DNA from: a virus
Reading direction: 5' to 3' (one strand)
Length of the DNA: 64,000 nt
IMG/VR virus record: IMGVR_UViG_3300029825_000003
Coordinates: 9,513-73,512 of that record
The notes beneath the pieces are model-generated. The model was not told where the DNA came from and made no database searches. It worked only from the letters and a program-made list of their open reading frames with translations. Positions 57,295 through 64,000 of the stretch are shown here, one piece after another. Every line of letters starts with the position of its first letter. The stretch's first letter is position 1. The position numbers and the translations under genes were made by a program.

Positions 57295-58179
57295 GTGGAT
57301 ATTAGAAATATATTTGGAGTGCTTACTTCAAAAAAGACAACTGAGAATGAAAAACAAAGAGCAATGAAAAAATTAGAAAGGAGGGAAGATTTTTTCTATA
57401 ATACATTAAATCGTAAGAGGAACATAAACAACTATGGTAAAACAATCAGGTACGACAATATAAAAACGTCAATTGTAGACATGAAACTGCGTGGGGTTCC
57501 CACGCTATATATAGAATGTATAAATGGGATATGTATCGTGTCCCTCAATAAAACAATTGAGTTATGTGAGGGAACATATAAAGAATGCAAACAATATATA
57601 GAAATATATATTGAGAAACTCGAATCAATTAAAGCTCCCGATATTATGGGGTATCTTGAAAAAATGGGATTTGAGCCTGAGAAATTAGGAAAGTTCCTAA
57701 AAACCCATGCAATCCCTGTAAGAATAAATGTCGATCCTATATCGTTGGATATACAGTCAGTTGAATATGAGATGGTCACTTGGGAAAAAGATACGCATAA
57801 ACAAATTGTAATAACCAAAGATGAGATAATCATTGGATTTCCAATTTATAAATATTTATTTGAAGAATATGGGATTTATATGCTAATACGTAATGGATAT
57901 AGATCCTCAATGAAGAGTACAGAATATTGGAGTGATCTGTACGAAAATGAGTATAAAAATTCCAACGACCCAACAAATATAAAATATTGGGTAAATGGGA
58001 ATTATAAAGATGATATTATATTAGGAATGATGAAAAAACGAGATGGGAATATCATATACATAGAACCATTCAGAGGATTAGAATTAACATACGGTGACTG
58101 TTCTCAGGGGAATTTTTGTGGAAGGTTGCAAGCATTTCATGGAGCATATGTGAAACTTTCAAAGCGGTATATAAGGTGA
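57295..58179 (+). CDS. AT-rich hypothetical protein (294 aa)
   Basis: ORF track; no motif recognised. Confidence 0.7.
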   Translation: MDIRNIFGVLTSKKTTENEKQRAMKKLERREDFFYNTLNRKRNINNYGKTIRYDNIKTSIVDMKLRGVPTLYIECINGICIVSLNKTIELCEGTYKECKQYIEIYIEKLESIKAPDIMGYLEKMGFEPEKLGKFLKTHAIPVRINVDPISLDIQSVEYEMVTWEKDTHKQIVITKDEIIIGFPIYKYLFEEYGIYMLIRNGYRSSMKSTEYWSDLYENEYKNSNDPTNIKYWVNGNYKDDIILGMMKKRDGNIIYIEPFRGLELTYGDCSQGNFCGRLQAFHGAYVKLSKRYIR

Positions 58180-58240
58180 TTTTGATACTGAAACGTGATG
58201 CAAGATCCCACCAAAATAAAATTCGCGGACGTGGTTTGTA

Positions 58241-58558
58241 ATGGCCCCCAACACAACATTTGAACCTTCCTCTTTCATTCCATTTCTCTCAGAAACACAA
58301 AAACAATCTGCTTCTGAAATAGCAGCCCTCAGAGGATGCAGTCTAAACACCGCAAAAAACGCCCTCCGAGAGCTGCAAAAAATGGATATCAAGGGATGGT
58401 CTGTCAAGAATAAAAAACTTGGTAGGACCGTTCTTTGGTGGAAGGAGAAGCGGTTGACGGAAGATGAAATCCGAGAAAAGGAGATTGGAGAGTTAAAGAG
58501 GTTGATGGCGAAATATAAGGAAGAAGTTATAGATATGCTAAGAAAAATGGAGGAATAA
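58241..58558 (+). CDS. Winged-HTH protein
   Basis: SASEIAALRGCSLNTAKNALREL. Confidence 0.75.
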   Translation: MAPNTTFEPSSFIPFLSETQKQSASEIAALRGCSLNTAKNALRELQKMDIKGWSVKNKKLGRTVLWWKEKRLTEDEIREKEIGELKRLMAKYKEEVIDMLRKMEE

Positions 58559-58561
58559 ATA

Positions 58562-58777
58562 ATGAGTCGAATGTTACCACTTCATACATGTGCGATATGC
58601 GGAAAAACTACTCCATGTCATAATCTTGGAGATCACTATGAATGTAATGATTGTTATGAGAGTCCATTCAAGAAGGATTGTACAAGAGTTGAAGCACATT
58701 GCAAGACAGGACAGGTATCTAGGAAGGGGTTTCTGAAGTGGGTGAAGAAGTACAGAGATGATAGGGTGAAAGTATAA
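58562..58777 (+). CDS. Small zinc-finger protein
   Basis: CAICG...CNDC. Confidence 0.65.
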   Translation: MSRMLPLHTCAICGKTTPCHNLGDHYECNDCYESPFKKDCTRVEAHCKTGQVSRKGFLKWVKKYRDDRVKV

Positions 58778-58829
58778 TGACCATGAGTGGAACGAATGGG
58801 CATATAGGTGATAAAAAAAGAGAAATTAA

Positions 58830-59177
58830 TTAAATTGTATTTTTCTTTTCTTTCATTATTTTATAAAGACTCTTATAATCTTCTTCACATTTGTAAGCAT
58901 CCACAACATCAGAAGCACTATCAAGGAACTCTATATACTTAAGTTCCTGCCCAGTGCTATCCGTAACCGCTCTTTTTTTTGCAAAAAACTTTTCTTCAAA
59001 GATCAATTCTTCTACTTGCCCTGGCTTAATATTTCCATCAATCATGTTTTTAACAGCAGTATCAACTGATGATATTCGTTCGGTAAGTCCAGAATCTGCA
59101 GAAGAAGTATCTGACATTATAAAAAATCCCCCTATCAGGATAGTAAAAACCGTACCTAATATGTATATTGGGTTCAT
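58830..59177 (-). CDS. Membrane-anchored small protein
   Basis: N-terminal TM IYILGTVFTILIGGFFIM. Confidence 0.7.
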   Translation of the reverse strand: MNPIYILGTVFTILIGGFFIMSDTSSADSGLTERISSVDTAVKNMIDGNIKPGQVEELIFEEKFFAKKRAVTDSTGQELKYIEFLDSASDVVDAYKCEEDYKSLYKIMKEKKNTI

Positions 59178-59746
59178 TCGTTCGATTCCCTCTTTATAAA
59201 TACCCTAAATTTGCAATTATGATATTTTTTTCCGGTCCAGATAACACCGTATTCATCAACTACTACCGGTTGGAATTTTTCAGGCCCTCTTGACCGTCTT
59301 AATTCGATCCAATCATTTCTATAAAATAAAATATATTTGTTATCACAGTTTTCAGTTCGTCCTTCTTTTCCGATTTGTATGTAAACCCTGACATCCATTA
59401 AGCTGTAATCTGTGCCTACTCCGATTCTATTCTCATCTATCATATGATTATCTATTTCCAACCACGTATCCAGTCCAAGCGCATAAAATTCATCTACAGC
59501 TTTTGAATCGTCATATTTTACTACACGTTTTGGCATTTGAGTAATATAGGGACAAGTCACAATATAAACATTTTCACTAGTTGACATGGTTGAATGTCTG
59601 GAACACCCAACATCTACACCGCCTGAGCAAGACCCGTACCGCCCGCTCTCCACGCATCCGGCCCCCAACTCTACCAACCAACCATCAGCAACCTTGGAAC
59701 AATGATCAGCAGATAAAAACGAAACAACTTTCTGAGATGTATTCAT
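59174..59746 (-). CDS. Hypothetical protein
   Basis: ORF track; co-oriented with the ATPase. Confidence 0.65.
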   Translation of the reverse strand: MNTSQKVVSFLSADHCSKVADGWLVELGAGCVESGRYGSCSGGVDVGCSRHSTMSTSENVYIVTCPYITQMPKRVVKYDDSKAVDEFYALGLDTWLEIDNHMIDENRIGVGTDYSLMDVRVYIQIGKEGRTENCDNKYILFYRNDWIELRRSRGPEKFQPVVVDEYGVIWTGKKYHNCKFRVFIKRESNE

Positions 59747-59783
59747 AAATTAACTCACCTTTCGCACATGTACCAAAAAAAAA

Positions 59784-62405
59784 TTAAGCTTCTAGAGCTT
59801 CCTTTGCTCCAGAAGTTGTGTTGATATTCTTGTATTTTGAAATTCTGATGTTCTCTACAAGCTTCCTAAACTCAGACCCTCTCAATACATAGAAATCCCT
59901 ACCTACTGCCTGTTTTACGTCAATTTCATTTTCTTTTTGGCATACACACATCCAGGTATCACAGAAGCGCATCTGATGGTTTTTCTGTTGTTCTAGCTCT
60001 TTGATACTCCTACTCCCAGGGTGAGCATATTCAATCCAGAGTTTCTTTCCTTCCGGAGTAACGCAGGTAACATCTGCATCATCAGTCCCCTGTCCACCGT
60101 AATGATGAATTATTACATCAGTGCAACCAACTCTTATGAGTTCCCCGGCTATTAGAGCATTTGTTATCCAATGGTCAGCAGATTCGCCGCCAATTAAAGC
60201 AGTGCCGTCTATTACTTCTTTTGTGAATCTAGATTCATCCAACCACATGACTCTTGAGAGGTCGTCAGATGGGGGCCAGAACTTCCCAACCCTCTTAAAT
60301 CCTTGAATTTCTGTATCTTCCATCTCTGAGATCCAGTCCCCTGACATAACGCCTTCCTCATCTCTGATAAATTCCAGCCCTTCTTCAAGTGTATAATTTG
60401 CCTGTGAATACATCTCTCCTGATACTTGTTCTGAGATGTCTTCATTGAAAATTACTCTCTTCTGAGTATTGCTTAACTTGACTAAAACTGGCAGTTTTAA
60501 ACCATGTTTTACGAAGTATATTTGTCTGGCTTCTTTCGGGTCTTTATTTTTCTCTTTAAGTACCTTTATGTCTTTCTCAGTAAATGAGAAATGTTTTTTG
60601 AATTCTTCTATCTCAGTATCATTCATGCTACAGAAGAATACCATAGCGTCAGTGTTTGTTTTTAAGATTGGAAGTATTTCCTTTACTCCTTCAGGGTCCT
60701 GATTATCGAGGATAATAGAGCACTTTCCAGCCCTCGCTTCCCTTAATAATTGAGGGATATATTCAGCCATACCTGCCATTTTAAGCAGGTTTGCTCCTTC
60801 ATCGAAGGCTATTATAGTTCTTTTCTTATTCTTGAAAGCTGTTGGATCTGGAGTTTTGAGTCTTGTACTTATCATATCTACAAGCAAGACAGTTATAGGG
60901 TCTTGGTATCTTTTGAGAATCCCAGATACATCTATAACCATTTTAGGAGCCGAGGGGAAGAATGTTTCGTGATTGTCAAGGAAGTTAAGGGCTTCCCCAG
61001 GTTCAAATAACGAAAGGTAACCTCTGATAGCTTCAAGACTTCTCTTATCCTTCTTATGAAGAGGATCATCAATCCATGTATCTACCTTTATAATAAGTTC
61101 TGTAAATGAAGGCCATGCTTCGCCGATAGTCCATTTTTCAATATTTTTAGGGGTGGAATCCTTAAGAACTAGCCCTGTGTCTGTATAAAGCTCCCTCATC
61201 ACCCTCTTTAAAGTACCTGACATTGCAGGACTAAAAGCGGCCCCAATAATCAAATTAAAGAAATTAATAAGTGTTTCCTTATGCCTGATAAAAGCGTTCT
61301 TCCTATCATTTAATTCATGCCCCTGAGTTTCTGGATTATAGAAACACATGAACGGGTTAAAAGATACATCTGGGATTTTAATAAGAACGCCTTCCAATGC
61401 TTGTATCATGTCAAGGTGAGAAGTCCCTAAGTCTTCTTTGGGTTCAAAAAGAATCCAATTACAATTTGCCCCAGTCGCATTCCAGAGCCAATATTGAAGA
61501 GCTGTACTTTTACCCTTCCCACTACCTCCGAACATTACTAAATGCTTGCAGTTATACGCAGGGTTTTCAGGGTTCCAATAAATAGGAACATTGGCCTTTC
61601 CTCCCAGATTGGAGAAGCCTAGTAAGATACCTTCCGTATCTAATCTTTTTACCCTGTTAATTCCTGGCCACATACAAGCTGCGACATTAGACATAACTTT
61701 AGATACACTGTTTTTTACTACCTCATTGCTTGCTAAAGAGGCCCGAAGGGCTTCCAATTGTCCTCCAAAAGGCACGTCTGTAAATACTCCATGACCTCTT
61801 AATATTGTTTGTAAATGAGTGCTATTAAATTCTACAGTCTGTCTATCATACCCGTCAACCCTTGCTATAAGGAGTTGCTTAAACTGTCTGTGCTCCCCAT
61901 CAAAAGACTGCTTTGAGAAGTTCTCTAAATCGTCACCCTGGTGATCAATCCACCGTGAATAACGACCCTTCAATTTTAGTTCAGTTGCTCTTATAAGATC
62001 CAGCTTTGCAAATTCCTTGTTTGTCTCTTTGTTCTCTTCTTCTGAAGACATTTTATAGAGAACCTGAGTAAGTGCAAAATCCATCTTTTTATTGTAAACT
62101 GTATCAAGTATTTTATTAAGAACGAATGGGTCTGCTGTCTTTCTTATCCCGCTTTCTGTCACATCAGTTTTAGCCGGACTCGCTATATAAAATAATTGTG
62201 AGTTGATTTGATGATTAAATGTAAGCCCCCTTCCGTCATCGTCTGAGTGAATAGAAGATGGGCAAGCAAGGAAAGCAGCTTCCGCAATAAGGAGCCTTTC
62301 ATGCTCTGTCTGGGTGAATTGATCATGTTTGTCTACTATCTTATTTACAATGCCTAATATTTCCCCTTTCAAGCTTCTCAATAGATGTTCTCTTAATCTT
62401 GCCAT
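59784..62405 (-). CDS. virB4: VirB4/TraG-like AAA+ ATPase with C-terminal nuclease-like domain
   Basis: HLVMFGGSGKGKST, ILFEPKED, SFNPF, IIAFDEGANLL, LLREAR...LDNQ. Confidence 0.85.
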   Translation of the reverse strand: MARLREHLLRSLKGEILGIVNKIVDKHDQFTQTEHERLLIAEAAFLACPSSIHSDDDGRGLTFNHQINSQLFYIASPAKTDVTESGIRKTADPFVLNKILDTVYNKKMDFALTQVLYKMSSEEENKETNKEFAKLDLIRATELKLKGRYSRWIDHQGDDLENFSKQSFDGEHRQFKQLLIARVDGYDRQTVEFNSTHLQTILRGHGVFTDVPFGGQLEALRASLASNEVVKNSVSKVMSNVAACMWPGINRVKRLDTEGILLGFSNLGGKANVPIYWNPENPAYNCKHLVMFGGSGKGKSTALQYWLWNATGANCNWILFEPKEDLGTSHLDMIQALEGVLIKIPDVSFNPFMCFYNPETQGHELNDRKNAFIRHKETLINFFNLIIGAAFSPAMSGTLKRVMRELYTDTGLVLKDSTPKNIEKWTIGEAWPSFTELIIKVDTWIDDPLHKKDKRSLEAIRGYLSLFEPGEALNFLDNHETFFPSAPKMVIDVSGILKRYQDPITVLLVDMISTRLKTPDPTAFKNKKRTIIAFDEGANLLKMAGMAEYIPQLLREARAGKCSIILDNQDPEGVKEILPILKTNTDAMVFFCSMNDTEIEEFKKHFSFTEKDIKVLKEKNKDPKEARQIYFVKHGLKLPVLVKLSNTQKRVIFNEDISEQVSGEMYSQANYTLEEGLEFIRDEEGVMSGDWISEMEDTEIQGFKRVGKFWPPSDDLSRVMWLDESRFTKEVIDGTALIGGESADHWITNALIAGELIRVGCTDVIIHHYGGQGTDDADVTCVTPEGKKLWIEYAHPGSRSIKELEQQKNHQMRFCDTWMCVCQKENEIDVKQAVGRDFYVLRGSEFRKLVENIRISKYKNINTTSGAKEALEA

Positions 62406-63256
62406 TACACCACCTGCCCCGGAAGAATACCATAAGTTACATGACCGTAAAACATGCCTAATATTTTATCTTCAGTCTCAAGAACTTCGCTTCCAATTTC
62501 CATATCAGATAAGATGTCCTGAACTCCACTGACAAGAATATCCAGCTTCCCTTTTGCCTTAACAGGATTTGCAGTATAATCGAGAAGGATAAGCATATGA
62601 TTCTCAGCTGACTTTGAATCCGCTTCTTCACACATCAACTGAAACTCAAACATGCTGTCTCTTACAATTTGAGGAATTCTGTTTCGGTGCAGTTCTTCTC
62701 TTATTGGTTTTGCATAGTCTGTAAGATCCGATCGAACATGTAAAAAGGTTTTAATTAGGGTCCGGTCTTCGTTTCCTATGAACATTCTTTCTATATTTTC
62801 TGCAAATACTTCCATATCTTCTGGCTGGAAACTGTGTATTTTAATCATCACTCCCCAATTATGAGGCCTTTCTTTTGTGAAGAAATATTCAATATATTTA
62901 CCGTCATGTATTTTTTTAATGTGAGTTAGATTCCTTGCTTTTTTAAGGCCATTTATTCCATGTTTTTCAATGTAGTCTTCTCCTTTGTAGATCTGTTTCA
63001 GGAATCTGCACCAACATTCAAAATGATAAAGGTTAGACGCACTGCTGGCAATATATATAAAAAATAATATCTCAATAACTGCCTGTCCAATTGCAACATG
63101 AACAGCCGTGTTCGGCCCTAAAACAAAAGTACCTATAAGAAACGTAGGCATTAACAGAAACGCTAAGAGTATAGCTAAATTCTGTTGGTTTTTCTGATAC
63201 CCATAAATAGTAGGGTTAAAGTTTCTGGTTACAGTCATTGGTCCATTATCTGCCAT
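62405..63256 (-). CDS. VirB3/PrgI-like membrane protein
   Basis: Two N-terminal TM helices then soluble domain; directly upstream of the VirB4-like gene. Confidence 0.6.
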   Translation of the reverse strand: MADNGPMTVTRNFNPTIYGYQKNQQNLAILLAFLLMPTFLIGTFVLGPNTAVHVAIGQAVIEILFFIYIASSASNLYHFECWCRFLKQIYKGEDYIEKHGINGLKKARNLTHIKKIHDGKYIEYFFTKERPHNWGVMIKIHSFQPEDMEVFAENIERMFIGNEDRTLIKTFLHVRSDLTDYAKPIREELHRNRIPQIVRDSMFEFQLMCEEADSKSAENHMLILLDYTANPVKAKGKLDILVSGVQDILSDMEIGSEVLETEDKILGMFYGHVTYGILPGQVV

Positions 63257-64000
63257 GTTTATTCCCTCTAATTCTGTTCATTTCTCTTGAAATTTTCATA
63301 ACCTTGTATCCAGCCCCGACTAAATATTGAGTGAAAATTTTAATTGTAATCCAAATCAAAGGACCTAAAACCATAATTAAGGCAGTTACAAAAGTTAGGA
63401 AGGAAGTGATTTGCATAACCCCTATTGATGCAAGCACTTTACCTGCTGTAGTTTCATGCTCTGCTATGTTCTGTACAGCCTTAGCTGAATACATTAAAAC
63501 AAGCGGGCGCATGAAAAGCACCGATATAAACCACGCTGATAAAATCTGAGCTACATATGTGAATAATCCCCAGGGGATTATGAATAAGATAATTACTTTC
63601 AGAATGTTTGCAGTATATTCATTGATGTATTGAATCCTAAGTGCGAATAAACCGCTATTAAGTGCATAAGATACTGTCTCGAATAACCATATTACAGAAG
63701 TGTCAGCAGATAATCCGATATATTCTAAAGAGTTTTCCATATATCCAGAAGACCACAACTGCTCCCATGTGAAGAGAGTATCCAGAATGAAAAAAGCCAT
63801 GAACGGTGCAAGTGCTAAGACTATAGTCATTTTAAATGAAAACGAATAGTCAAAGAATCCGTCCCTTCCTGTAAAATTATTATTTAAATCTGCTATTTTT
63901 TCAGGATATTTATCTTGTGCTATGTCCATAGCCACACATAGAACAATAATCAAAAGACTAAATATGTAATAATAAATTAAATCGTGAGTAAATGTATCCT
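63246..64000 (-). CDS. VirB6/TrbL-like polytopic membrane protein (5' end beyond window)
   Basis: Many TM helices; frame open with no stop to position 64000; typical position. Confidence 0.55.
   Translation of the reverse strand, partial: DTFTHDLIYYYIFSLLIIVLCVAMDIAQDKYPEKIADLNNNFTGRDGFFDYSFSFKMTIVLALAPFMAFFILDTLFTWEQLWSSGYMENSLEYIGLSADTSVIWLFETVSYALNSGLFALRIQYINEYTANILKVIILFIIPWGLFTYVAQILSAWFISVLFMRPLVLMYSAKAVQNIAEHETTAGKVLASIGVMQITSFLTFVTALIMVLGPLIWITIKIFTQYLVGAGYKVMKISREMNRIRGNKHGR

Larger units (their letters stand above)
1..64000. mobile_element. Tailed archaeal virus/provirus (Caudoviricetes, siphovirus-like), probably of Methanosarcina; both ends of the element lie outside or at the window edges
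   Basis: Terminase, portal, MuF, protease, MCP, head-tail, MTP, TAC, TMP, Dit, Tal and MCM present; no host housekeeping genes; no integrase/att seen. Confidence 0.92.

Noticed and set aside
51000-58830. att site or integrase separating the virus from the VirB4 module
   Set aside because: No recombinase ORF, tRNA 3'-end duplicate or long repeat was found by eye; absence is not proven.
3752-63549. Many antisense or nested ORFs in the track (e.g. 6978..7319, 13616..13957, 34582..34989, 42207..42893, 57432..57833)
   Set aside because: They are shadows of long genes on the opposite strand, with no SD, promoter or recognisable motif.
1-64000. CRISPR array, mini-array or solitary repeat
   Set aside because: No regularly spaced 25-40 bp repeats; TTGAAAC matches fall inside coding sequence.

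Overview
The whole window reads as part of a large tailed (siphovirus-like, HK97-fold) archaeal virus or provirus, most likely of Methanosarcina. The host call rests on an MCM helicase, archaeal TATA promoters with leaderless starts, an A1:U72 tRNA-Gln, and two beta-helix proteins resembling Methanosarcina disaggregatase-family proteins. I see no host housekeeping genes, integrase, att site, CRISPR array or reverse transcriptase. On the minus strand the order is: protease/scaffold, cement, major capsid (48.4-51 kb); a 7 kb fibre/adhesin cluster; head-tail and tail genes with TMP-Dit-Tal (28-40 kb); a putative lysis cassette (23.6-26.2 kb); RHH regulators, a tRNA/ncRNA array, nuclease and MCM (13-20 kb); then terS, terL, portal and MuF (3.9-11.5 kb). 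Dense runs of small genes lie at 1-3.2, 22-23.4 and 51-58.8 kb. The right end is a VirB6/VirB3/VirB4-like conjugation-type module abutting the viral genes with no visible boundary. The strongest leads are: (1) a methanochondroitin-depolymerase-like lysis cassette, mirrored by the same enzyme domain fused to the distal tail protein; (2) a T4SS-like module apparently inside a tailed virus; (3) a ~570-nt array of one tRNA, three tRNA-like units and spacer hairpins, one displaying an anti-Shine-Dalgarno loop. All family assignments come from motif recognition by eye; no database search was run.
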